Assembly: GCF_006345805.1 (NCBI RefSeq)
Contig: NC_043001.1
Location: forward strand, 48,918,001-48,982,000
Length of the DNA: 64,000 bases
Reading direction: 5' to 3'
Origin: Octopus sinensis
Taxonomy: Eukaryota
The position numbers and the translations under genes were made by a program. Positions within the stretch are counted from its first letter, which is position 1, and the number at the start of each line of letters is the position of its first letter. Under the pieces are notes generated by a model. That model did no database searches. It saw only the letters and a program-made list of their open reading frames with translations, and was not told where the DNA came from. This document shows positions 1 to 12,642 of the stretch, piece after piece.

Positions 1-124
1 TAGGAAATAATAGTTGCTACCCAAGGACAAAAATTGTGTTATACAGTATAATTATTTCTTTTTGTTTCTTTTTTTTTTTTAATCTGAAAAACTTTGGAAT
101 CTCACTAATTCTTTTTTCTGCTAG

Positions 125-150
125 ATACGAAAAAAAACCTCAAAGGAGAA
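125..150 (+). CDS. Candidate 26-nt micro-exon (possibly upstream exon of the OGFr-like gene)
   Basis: Branch-like CACTAAT, tract tcttttttctgctag, perfect donor GAA|gtaagt; no stop in any frame; coding versus UTR unknown. Confidence 0.5.
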
Positions 151-3100
151 GTAAGTGAAGGGAAAAACAATGAACTTTAACAACGATACATCAAAAATCA
201 AAAGTGGATCTGAATGGACCAAAGTGGGTCTGAGTGGACCAAAGTGGACCACTGTCTCAGTCTGTTGCTAACGTAACCCGTAATTCTATGAGCCAGATAA
301 GCAAGCTGTAATTGAACCAGTATTTCTTGTATGTATGATGGATCTGAGTCACATTCCCTGTCAAAGATCTCGTTTTAAAGAGATTGTATTTCTTTTTGTC
401 ACTATTCTTGCATCTCATACAATGACTTGTTATCAATTCCCATGGCATAACAGCCATTATGGGTCTTTTTTTAGCTCTAACGATGTGATGCTCCCTTTTT
501 TCCCCTCATTCCCCGATTGCTTTTTTAACAACATGGAATTTTTCCAATAATCCTATTGTTTTGTTTGAATCTGTTTGTCTTGACTACTTGCTTAGAAGCA
601 GGGGTTCTTCAGTCAATTGTTATTGTTGTTGATGTTACATTTGCTGCAGTGTCAAAGACACACAACTATTGTTTTCACCTCAAAAGGATTTTTTTCTTTT
701 TTTATTATTCTTACATATATGTAGCACGCTGGTGTTATAATTGTTATCCCACACTTCCCACCGCTTCACCAGATTCAAATTTATGCTACCTGACACTCCA
801 CAAAAGTTCACCATACTTTAATTCATTCCCCCCACACACACACTTCACACCTGTTCACTATATTCTGATTGATGTTATCTCACATTCTACACCAATTCAT
901 CATGATTTAACTACTATTACTCCATGTTCTACTCTTATTTACCTTAACTAACTGCTGTTGTTCCATATCCCCCACTCACCAGTATACACATGTATAACTT
1001 GATCTAACTGCTGTTGTCCCCCCTTACTGTATCCCTCACAAGTTAATACCTATTTATTTGTTAATCCCCTTACACATCAGTCTGCCCTTATTTGACTCCT
1101 TTGTTTTTTCCAACACTATACCAGTGGTTCTTAACCGGGTATAAACATTACGTAATCAGTGAGCTGAGACATGGTTGATGGTGTGCCAAGGTCGATATCA
1201 TTTCGGTTTATAAGCCCTCGTCTTCTTCAGTAATTTTCACATATATTTAACAGAGAGGGTATTAATAACTAAAAAGTGGTATGTGCTGTATAGGATACTA
1301 TAAGAAAACACAGGCAATAAGCAGCTGGGCAAAATAGGCTTCAGTTTGATCAAAGCAATCTGCTGGATTATTGTTATTTATTCTTTTTTCTTTTTACTCT
1401 TTCAAAAGCATGAACACAGACTGTTTGTAAAACACCATTCCATGAAAGGGGTTGTTGAAGTACAAAAGGTTGAAAACCAGTACTCTATACCAACTAAAAC
1501 TTTTCCCACAAATGTTCAATATTTTCTAGCATACAGGTAAAATATTTCAGACCAAAATTTTACAGCCATAAAAGGTAGGTCACCTTATACACGGAGACAA
1601 CTTTAAAGGGCTAAAAATTCATTGTAGAATACAGCAGGATTTGGAAAGATCATAATGATGTTTCAATGTTTACACTATATACTATATTGACTTATATGTT
1701 GGAAAATATAGTATTTTATCTCAGACTCTTTATTCCATAAATTCACTGTTTTCTCATAACCAAGTCAATTCTAAAGAACTCTCTCAACATTCCCATACTA
1801 CTTATTGACGCCCGAATGAACTGTACCTGCCATAGTACTTATTTGTTGCTTGAGGGGCTGTTTATATCTATTATTATCACATCCATTATATCTCATCACA
1901 GCCAGCTGGGTGTACCTCTTTGTGGTAACTATTTAAACTTATGTAAACAATGTCTCTCCTCTGTGTTTCTTTACAGCTGGTGGTGAGGCTTCACAGTTCT
2001 CTACTATGGCATATATTTATAATGGTCCCTTATTACAATTAGGTGGACAGAGTACAACAGTAACTCATACCTTACCATGGTACCTATTCATAATTAGATG
2101 AGGAGAGAGCTGGACCTCACCAAAGTACTTATTTACAACTGGAGAAGATACAGCACTGAATTGTACTACCCCATGGTACTTATTTACAATTAGGTGGGGC
2201 AGATGCAGCAGTGATCTGTACCTTATCCTGCTGATTATTTTTCCTGCAAAGAAATGAGTAAGGTTTTGTATCATTAATATACAGTCCTCTGTACTCAAGT
2301 GCTAGTAACACAACATTGCTAGAAGGTGCTGAAATTGTTGCTGTTCTTTATATCATGGATATGTTTTTCACCTAAGGGAAAGGGAATAGGGGTTCTGTAT
2401 TTTTTTTCCATTTCTCTTAATCCTTATCTCTTTTGTCAGTCTTATTCTCTCCTCTCCTCTCCGTATATTTTCCTGTTTATTTGTCTTTGTCTGTTTTCTC
2501 TTCTCTCTCTCTCTCTCCTTCTGTATCTGTATATGCTTTTATCCCACTTTCCTTCTCTCTCTCTTGCTCTCCTTTCTCTCAAATCCTATGTTTTCTCTTC
2601 AACTTTACTGAGCCAACAAAGGTGCCTCTGTGTGATTGAATAGCTAGAAATATCAGGCCAATGTCCTTTAAACCTTATTCTACCATCTTAAAAAATGGTA
2701 TTAGAAAAAAGACAAGAGGATCAATGTTGGAATGCTTTTGATCTTCAGTCTGCTATATCAAGGCTAACTTGGGACTAAACAACAAGAATACCATTACAAT
2801 AATACCAACAACACCACTACTAATACTAACACTGCTGCCAACACCTACATTCCCATTATCACCAACATCACCCTCTACCATCAACACCACCACCAAAGCC
2901 ATCACTATCCTCATCAGCAACACTTCCACCACCTCAACTCATTGAGCATTCGCATAACTACTTTAACCTGCTTGTGAGGTGGTCAGATATTTTTCATTCA
3001 ACTCTCCACTTTAAAACGAGGACCACATATCTCAGGTCTTAAGACAACAAGACCCTAAATTAAGCATAGACGGGCCACATTTTAAGCTCTAAAGTCTTAA

Positions 3101-3223
3101 GATCACGTGTCTCTCCAAATAAGGACAACACATAGCTTAAGTCTGCAAGTCTTAAGACAACATGTTCTCAAAACAAGTACAGAATGGTTAAACTGATACT
3201 ATTGCTGAGAAATAGACATGTAT

Positions 3224-3545
3224 CAGGGGTTCTCAACCATTTTTTTTTTGTATAGACTCCCTTGATTACTATTTTATTCTGATGGACCTCCATAACCATT
3301 TGATGTTTAAAAATTAGTTCTTTCAAAATTCCTAATTTGTTTTTCACACATTAATTTGTGTAGGTTGAACTATGTAAAATGTTAAAGAAATAAACCTAGC
3401 TGTTTCTTGCAATACATACCAATACATACATCGAGGGCAAATTGTTTTCAGGAGCCCATAAAATACTTTTGTGGATCCCCAGTTTACTATTTTGTTGCGT
3501 GGACCCCCAAAAAAATCTTATACGGACCTTTGTTGAGAATCACTG
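3224..3545. mobile_element. hAT-like MITE
   Basis: Terminal inverted repeats CAGGGGTTCTCAAC / GTTGAGAATCACTG; no clean TSD. Confidence 0.55.
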
Positions 3546-3749
3546 GTTTACATCATATGTCATGTTTACATCATATGTCATGGAGGTTTCTCTTTGATAT
3601 TTATTAAAAAAGGATTACTCAACAACAGCTGTATGAACCATCAATGAAACTTTTGTGTAGTTTTTTTTATCTGCATAGTACAAAAACCAAATTTCTCTTT
3701 ACACACTCCAATACTATCTTTGAAACTAAAGAAGACACTTCATTTTTAA

Positions 3750-3974
3750 CCCTTTAGTATTCTGATTATTCTACCAAATGTAGTACTTTATTATTCACAT
3801 TGTTTTTAATTAATCATGCATTATCTCATAGCTTTGAGATTTTTGATTATGTGATTGTTTAATTTTAGAATGATGTTGTAGAATGTTTTATTCGAGAGGT
3901 TGGATTTCACCAGTCTGAACACGAAACAGGTAGAATATTTTTTGCCGGACATGACTGGTTTAAATGCTAAAGGG
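3750..3974. mobile_element. piggyBac-type MITE
   Basis: TTAA|CCCTTTAG...CTAAAGGG|TTAA; a decayed relative lies at about 23250-23472. Confidence 0.7.
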
Positions 3975-4545
3975 TTAAATTGTTAAATTCAAGAATAAAT
4001 CCCTTCCACTCTCCTACCATAAAAATGAGACAACTATGATTTGAAAACTAATCATGTTCTAAAAGTTTGATTTGAACCAATATCAAAAATATGTGTTTTT
4101 GGCTACTGTGTCTGTGTCATCTATTCTATCACTGAAGTTGACACATATCATGGGTCTGGAGTTTTAGATTAGGCATGCCATACTTCATGGAAAAAGGAAG
4201 AAAAAGTTACAGAATTGGGGTGGGAGGGCAGAAATGTAAAAATGAGGAAATTTAAAAAAATTATGTGGGGATCACAATTTCTATTATGTAAAACACGGAA
4301 ATACCTTCTCTCTTCCAACGAAAATAAAAAGAAAGAAATGAAGAAAAAAATAACTTTTTCCTTTCTTATAAGGTATGGGGTACCAAATCCAAAACTCTGC
4401 TCATGGGTCAGCTCAGAATTACTCAGCAACAACAACAATGACACTTCCACTTGCACTGTAATGGCCTGTTAATTGTTCTGATGTATGGCTTCATCTAAAC
4501 TTTATTATGTCTCTTGAAGAAGGAATTAAAAGTATTTCTATACAG

Positions 4546-4564
4546 AATGGCAGGGAATTATCCT
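4546..4564 (+). CDS. Candidate 19-nt micro-exon encoding MAGNYP
   Basis: tatttctatacag|AATGGCAGGGAATTATCCT|gtaaag; the phase-0 exit joins exon A, and NYP resembles the (N/Q)YP that precedes this segment in vertebrate OGFr proteins (from recall); splice sites only moderate. Confidence 0.35.
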
Positions 4565-6767
4565 GTAAAGACTGGCTACTATATATATATATACACATAC
4601 ACCCACACAAGGTTTCTTACTTACTATGTTTGATATTTCAGTATTGAAGTGTGTGTATGTCAGTAGCATACTAGGGTAATGAAACAGGGTGTGCTGAACT
4701 TAATATGATAAACTTAAACATTGTATGGAAAAAAAACAAAATGTTATATCTGATAAGAATGTGTTGACACTACAGAGAATATGAGACGTATAGGTTTATT
4801 ATAATAGTGTGTTGATACTGCTGGATATTTAATAACCATTCTATAACACAGTTATATTATGCACTAATATAACTCTTCACAATACCTAGTTATATACTAT
4901 AGGATAAGTCAGTAGCATACTACAAGGCAAACCTGATCTTTCTTCATGTAAAATAGTTATGGTTAGTTGAGAATATATAGTAAGTTTATATAAATGGTGC
5001 AGAAGGCATGAATTATAATGTAATATTGTGTTGAGTAAAAAGTTTTGTAATATTCTAGTAACTTATTTGCTTTATCTGTCAAGTTACAACAGAAGCAGCC
5101 TAGCATTCAACATAACAGAGACCATCGTGTTGCACTGTCTGAAGCCACCTTTCTGCCAATTCTTTGATCCCATGCTGACACCCATTCTTGTCCATTAAGG
5201 TAAAGAACTCCTTCACTGACGCTTCCATTTCCTCTTGATTGATGAAGCATTGGTGAAGTGAGCCATGGATCAGAACAAGTTATAGTCCAAGGGATCTAGG
5301 GCTGGACTATATGCTGCATATGGCATCAGTTCAATTCCCTCAAGTTCCTGGAGCTTATTCCAGGTCATTTGAGCAGTATGTGGTCTTGCTTGTCTTGCAT
5401 CAGAAGACTTCACTTTCTGTTAACCAATGCTGGCTATTTTTGCTGCACAGTGGCATAGGAAAAGTGGACATTGATTGCTTGACTGCCCAGAGCAAACTTG
5501 TAGTGAATTTCCCCTCATAATTTCACCAGACACAGAGCATCACCTTGTGTTTGAAACACCCAGGATCGGTGACAAGTTCCATAATTTGGCCCTTGCTTAA
5601 CCACTGCTTATGCACATTAGGATTATGGAAAAATATCTCACTCGAATTATTACTTGTTCTGATCTATGCTCGTGGTGCATCATTAACAAAGTGGATGTGG
5701 CAGCTTCAGTGAAGGAGTTCTTTGCCTTGAAGAACAAGAACCGGTATCAGTAAGGGATCAAAGAATTGGTGGAAAGGTCGCTTCACACGGCGCAACATGA
5801 TGGTCTCTACAACTTTGAATGCTTGGCTGCTTTTGTTGCAACTTGATGAATAAAGCAAATAAGTTACAAAAATATTACAAAACTTTTTATTCAACATAAT
5901 TTATAAAGTAGTGCAAAAGAGCCTTAGCAATATAGTCTGAATATATAACTCTACTATAACTACATCATATTACAAATAATACCTACTTATATCTTAGTAT
6001 ACTATATATATATATATATATATATGCATGGTACTGAATAGTATGAGATAGAATTAATGTTATAATATATTAGTTGCTCATTCTGAATAATATATATATA
6101 TAGTGTGTGTATGTGTATATATATATATTTATATATATATATATAGCAATAATAAATCTCTGAAGGAGATGTAAACAGTAACCGCTCGACAACATAAAGT
6201 ATACTAGCCATCTCAATATGGCTAACCACTAAGGGTGGGTGTTACTGTAGCTTAAGCTTAAGCTACAGTAACACCCACCCTTAGTGGTTAGCTATACTGA
6301 GATGGCTAGTATACTTTACGTTATATATATATACACACACACACACGCACTTTTCTTGTACTACACTACAAATATCAAAGTAACAGTATACTTTGTCTAT
6401 AAACAGTATGAAAGGTTATAGTTAAACACCAAGAATGTTGTATGCTTAAACAATATACTATAGTCATAACCTGTGTGGAGAACATGAAGTAGAACAGCTG
6501 ATAATCAATTTAAATGATTAAAAATATGTAATCTTAACATAATACTGCAATATCAAGCAAACGATACTATAACGTGGGTAGGTGATGCCTTGTTTGTCTT
6601 CCAGTGGCTACAGTTTAGGCTACACTTTCAACATTCTTGGTGTTCGTGCTACCAATCTCGCTTCTATCTTAATCAATCAGCTTTGCATAGAAGCAATACA
6701 TGCTGCTGGAAATAACACCATAACGGTTCCACAGTGGTGCTTAGAGTTACTATTATGAAGACATGTA

Positions 6768-7206
6768 AGGTGGTGAGCTGGCGAGGCAAAATGCTTAGCC
6801 ATATTTTGCCTGTCCCCGTTCTGAGTTCAAATTCCACCAAGATTGACTTTGCCTTTCATCTTTACAGGGTCGATAAATTAAGTACCAGTCAAGTACTGTG
6901 GTTGATGTGATTGACTTACACCCTCCTCACAAATTTCAGGCCTTATGCCTTATAGCAAACAGGATTATTATTATTATTATTATTATTAAGGTAGTGGGTT
7001 AGCAGAATCATTAGCATGCCAGGCAAAATGCTTAGCCATATTTTGCCTGTCCATTTTCTGAGTTTAGATTCCACCAAGGTTGACTTTACCTTTCATCCTT
7101 ACAGGGTCGATAAATTAAGTACCAGTCAAGTACTGGGGTCGATGTGATCAACTTAGTTCTTCCCTGCAAATTTCAGGCTTTGTGCCTATTGTAGAAAGGA
7201 TTATTA
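6768..7206 (+). mobile_element. Two tandem copies of a tRNA-derived SINE with (ATT)n tail
   Basis: Direct repeat of about 220 bp (ggcaaaatgcttagccatattttgcctgtcc...gtcgataaattaagtaccagtcaagtact...ggattatta); relatives near 23495-23930, 37020-37225, 51370-51548. Confidence 0.7.
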
Positions 7207-10164
7207 AGACATGTGAAACAAGTATTTATACTGTGTTGAATTTAATATAAAGTATATTACTTAAATTAGTTAAATTGTTATTTCATAACTTCTGTCAGTG
7301 TATAGTGCAGTGGTGTGCACAGCATACACCCTTAATATATATCCCTGATGATGTATATTATAATACTTACAATACTAATATAAGCATGTATGTACGTATA
7401 TTTGTCTTCCATCACCAAATCAAAAATGTTGATATTTTTTTTAATGATTTCACACAAAATAAAATGTTATCAATGTTATTTATTCTTTGTGTTTGTTATT
7501 TTTTTCACTTCTGTGAGTGCTGCCACGTCTGTGTAAACCTATAAGTAAAAAAAACAAAAAACATTAAAACTATAGATATTAAATGAAAAGTAAGTGATTT
7601 CCAGTTCATATAAATGCTAGTTTAGTGTATGGAATGTAAAAAATAGTTTCTATTTTGATGTTAGGCTCAATATCCACTGTCTTTCAAGTTCAAATCTTAT
7701 ACACCAGTGAGTAACACTATTAATTCTGTATGCTGTGAGTTCATCATTAGAATTAAATAAATATAACATCATAGAAGCAGAATAATATCTTCTTATGCTC
7801 AGTGCCATTGCAAAAACAAAAAGTCTGTGTGTTTGCCTTCAATAATACAGATAACTGTATGAGACATTTTATTTTAAATGAGTGTATAAAATAGTAATTG
7901 GGAATATTGACATTTTATTCTAGATAAGTGTATAAAATAGTAATCAAGAATATATATATAATGTACGCACAGGTATGGCTGTGTGGTTCACTTCCCAACA
8001 TAATTTGGGGTCCAGTTCCACTGCATAGCACCTTGGGCAAATGTCTTCTACAATAGCCCCAGGCCAACCAAAGCCTAGTGAGTGGATTTGGTAGACAGAA
8101 ACTGAAAGAAGCTCTGTATGTGTGTGTATATATATAGACCTTGTAACTTGTTTCATCTAGAGATCAGTAAAGAGAATATATATTTGAGTAATAGTTGATC
8201 TCTATTTTTAGCCAAAGATTGGGAATTTTGCATAGACCCCGTATAAAAGTGAACCCTAGTATTTCACGAACAAGATAACATTTGTGGGTCAAGGTACCAT
8301 ATTCTCCTGTACATAGAAATGACAGTTATAAAATTGTGTGACTACTTTACTGTAGCTTTCTCTTGGTGGAATGCTTGGTGCTTATAATGGAACGCATGGT
8401 GCTTATAGTAGAACACCATTTAATAGCGAGCACTACACATCTGTTGATGGGTGCTATATCACCATTACTAAAATGTATACACAGCCTGCTTACATCTTCA
8501 AACACTAACACATGCGTCATACAGTCGTTTACATGGTGTGAAACATGTTTCACAGCCAGCACTATTGGCAAACGCCACTGTCTGAATCCATACAAAGGCA
8601 TGACTTTGATAAGCCAAAAAACAAGCAATTAATTGCCAGATCAGTGGTTCCCATGCGACCCTTATATTTTCCTCATCTCCTAATACAATAAACAAGTGTC
8701 ATATGCTCGTCTGTTTACATGGTGAGAAACTTGCTTCACAGACAGCACTATCAGCAAATACCCCTGTATGAATTCGTACAGAGACATGATTTCGGTAAGC
8801 GTAAAGACATTTAGTCAATCCTAGATCAGTGGTTCCCAATTTTTTTTTTTATTTTGCCGTGGAACCCTTCGACATTATTTTTAAAAACATGGATCCCCTG
8901 ATAACTTTCAGAGAACACTGGGAATCCCTGCTCCAGATTAACAACTCTACACTATTATGAACATTTACTGGTAACTGCATATAATATCCTGCAACTTTTT
9001 TTGAAACACACCAAGTAGGTATCAGCTGTATGCACTGTATTACGGTAGGTAGTGGCATGCCGGTACCGGGTAGATATGTTACCGGTGGTAATATAACATA
9101 ATTATGAGATATAAATTGATTTCACTCAGCTAGCCTGTTAAGTTTGATGGATACAAATAAAAGAGAAAGTGTAAATATTTATAAACACTATGCAGTCTAG
9201 TTTATGGTCTTTGTTATTTACTAGGATGTGTGTTTTGATGCATAGAACTGGTAATATTACTGTAATTCATTGTGTTTTTGTTTTTATTCTCTTAGACATC
9301 AGTTGACCCCTTAAATTTGACCTTAAAATGGTCCAAAAAATTCAACTTTTACACAAGTATATACAGTAGTATTTAAAAAGAGTCTTCATAAACATATGCA
9401 CACAGACTAACATACATATCTTTATACACCCAAATATACATAGATGCATAAAGCCGCTGATTGACAAAAGTCAAACTGAAGTACTGTAAGTACTATAATG
9501 TTGCTCCACAAATGGTTGGTAGTAGCGGGGAATTTTCTTTTGTGTATTGTTTGGCTTGAAAGTTTGATTATAATTAGTGAGGTTTTGGAATTATTTAGGT
9601 TTCCAAAATTTTGCTGTCCTTAAAATTTAAAATGGCATCAAGTTATTGAGAAATTAGAAAAATGTGACTTTAAATGTCATATGAGAATTAGAGTCAGTTA
9701 GCGAATTAGAACAAGGCGTTCCACTTGCACTTGAGGAAGTTATGGTGTTGGAAAACAAATTGTTTTAGATATAAATTTGATGGAATCAAAGGCTATATTA
9801 CAACAGTTTTCTTCAATTCGTTATTGGTAACATGCAACAATAGTTCAAAATTAGCAATTTGTATTCATATTTGCTAATAATGAATTTTTGTTCAACTCAC
9901 TGCCTAAATGCAATATCAGTGAATTTTCAGTCAGTTTAAATATATAAGCTAGCAGCTGGTATTTGCTTGACATGAGATGATGTAGATATTTGCTGCTGAT
10001 GAATCTAAGAAGTAGAAATCTAGATCCAGCAATTTCACCACCAATACTGGGTGATTTTTACTGGTTGCTGATATTTTTCTGAATTTTAAATGCCATATGT
10101 CTATAAGAGATGTTTTCTCAAGACAAATATTGCAGTTTAGTAGGCTTTCAACATGCACACACTT

Positions 10165-10536
10165 TATTCTTTTATTTGTTTCAGTCATTTGACTGCGACC
10201 ATGCTGGAGTAGTGCCTTTAGTCGAGTGAATTGACCCCATGACTTATTCTTTGTACTTATTCTATCGGTCTTTTTTGTTGAACCACTAAGTTATTGGGAC
10301 GTAAACACACTAGCATCGGTTGTCAGGCAATGTTGCGGGGACAAACACAGACACACAAACACATATATATATATGATGAGCTACTTTCAGTTTCCATCTA
10401 CCAAATCTACTCACAAGGCTTTGGTTGGCCCGAGGCTATAGTAGAAGAGACTTGCCCAAGGTGCCACACAGTGGGACTGAACCCATAACCATGTGGTTGG
10501 TAAGCAAGCTACCTACCACACAGCCACTCCTGTACC
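10165..10536 (-). mobile_element. tRNA/CORE-like SINE (family A), full length
   Basis: Head with A box TGGCTGTGTGG and B box GGTTCAGTCCC, CORE-like ggcaccttgggcaagt, internal microsatellite, tail gcagtcaaatgactgaaacaa. Confidence 0.85.
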
Positions 10537-11959
10537 TATGTATACAGATCGACAGTTTTCATTATATAATTCAATAGGGGAGAGTAGAAAACACTGGAAA
10601 TTTGGACAAGATACAAACTTAGATAGAAGAAGCAGTTTACAAGTGGTATGTTCAACAGAGGTTTAGCAATATCAATATACAAAGTCTTGAGCTGAAATCT
10701 ATATGTGAAACCTTGAAAAATCACGAGACTTAATGTTAAGGTAAACGATGGGTGGTTGTGGGATTTTAGAAAAAGCGGGTGGCATTGTGAAGAAAACATG
10801 GGCTATCTTAAGGTGCAGACACTTTACAAGTTGAGCCATTAAAAAAAATTTATTAATGAGGAATGCTGATGTAACTGACTTCGTCAGTTGAGCTGTACCT
10901 GAAAATATCTTGTCCTACAAACATAAACGTAGTACTCTTGGCTGCAAGCTAAATATGGTGTGAATTTCTGACTTGTTATGGTGGTAGGAAAATTGAAGAA
11001 ACCATGCACTCTTAAAGATATAAATCAGTTACCTGTGATATACACCAGCTCAAAGAAGGTATGGTTTACCTCAGAGTTAGTGCATGGCATGGGTCATGGT
11101 GGATGCAACAGTGGTGATGAAAGGAGAAGAGATGAGTGAGAGTTGAGACTGCTTGGGTGAAGGTAGTATGAGATCAGCTGTTGCAGGTGATTGGTGAATA
11201 GTAGGAAGAGAGTAGGAGACAAAAACTGAATACTGGAATACACCAGGGCTAATAGAGTGTGGAAGAGAAAATAGCTCTGTTAATATACACAACAATAAAT
11301 CAATCTGATAGGAAGCTTCTGATCCAGGAGATAAACAGATGGAGCCCATGGGCAGGATTTCTTATATGATCGAAAGCTTTGTTGACATTGAGAACATTAC
11401 TTTCAGCGGATTTTTTTTAAAGACATGAGCTCATTGGTGTGATCTAGGGTAGCGTTTAGTGAATATGGCACTGCAGAAGCCATACTGGTAGTCATTAAGG
11501 AAAGAGACAATTTCAAAGATTTGGAGAATATCATTTTGAAAACTAAAAACATGGCACTGATCTCTAAAATGAATTTACATCCTTATTAAGAGTAGTCAAT
11601 CTAAGAATTCAAAGTGCTGAATAGATGACGACAATGACCACCACCACCAAATGATGGTGATAAAGAATTTAATTTCTGGCATTCTACATATGCCATTTCC
11701 ACCATGCTACTCTATGTGGTACATACAACGTTTATTAAATGATTCTGTATGATGAGCATCAATAAAAACCCAAAAAAACTAACAAGGGAGGCTACTGTGT
11801 TGTGTTGTATGAAGTATTCTGGAGATACATATGGCACTTGCTTTTTACTTTGTATATTTATCTATGTGAAGTAAACGATGGTGTGTGTGTGTGTGTTTTG
11901 TTTTGTATATTCGTAATCTCCAATATCTAAAATGTAGAAATCTGAAAAAAATGTTTTTA

Positions 11960-12390
11960 AAAAAATGCATATTTCCGGGACAGGTGCGATTCTGCATTAG
12001 CTCCCATTCGGCAGCGAGCTACATCATATTGACTTGATATCACATCTTTCAAACAGCCCACAACAACCCCATTACCTGCAGGAGCTAAACTTGAAGACTG
12101 TGAGTGCAGAAGTCCTGCGCTCACTCTATGTGATTTTTCCCTGTGGGGTTACACGAAAGAGAAGGGGTACAAGTCAAAACCTCGCACACTGGAGGACTTG
12201 GAGTCACGGATTCGGGAGGTTCTCAATGATGCCTCAGACGATGTTCTTCAGAAGGTTGTTCATTCCAACCCTGGCCGTTTGAGGAAATTAGTTGACGCCA
12301 CTGTTGCTTAGATTAAAATATGATTTACTTGCATTTTCCACATATAATAAAGAACACGTATTATTTGTTTCAATAAATCTGAAAAAAGGA
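11960..12390 (+). mobile_element. Decayed Tc1/mariner transposase fragment
   Basis: 12129-12311 translates CDFSLWGYTKEKGYKSKPRTLEDLESRIREVL...LRKLVDATVA*, a typical DDE/D transposase C-terminus (DFxLWGxxK). Confidence 0.75.
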
Positions 12391-12642
12391 AAACTTCTGA
12401 AGTTCACAACAGATTTTCTCCAAGCTGAGAACATATATTACTTACATTCCAGAGATGATTTTAGACTCTTAAAATTTTTCACATAATCAATAATGGAACC
12501 CCTGAAGGCTGAAAAATCCCCTTTCTTGGCTAAACAGTACAAACGATGGTTGAATCATTGGTTCAAGGGACAATACTCTTGATGACATTGATTTCTCTAC
12601 CTCTCTACATATATTATATATTATTTATATAATACACACACA

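Noticed and set aside
556-951. 131 aa ORF
   Set aside because: Low-complexity, starts at a non-ATG codon, no homology or splice support.
8500-8810. Two diverged ~190-bp direct repeats (gtttacatggtg...cagcactat)
   Set aside because: Each copy adjoins a cagtggttccca TIR-like end, so these are probably decayed MITE pieces; no further structure is evident.
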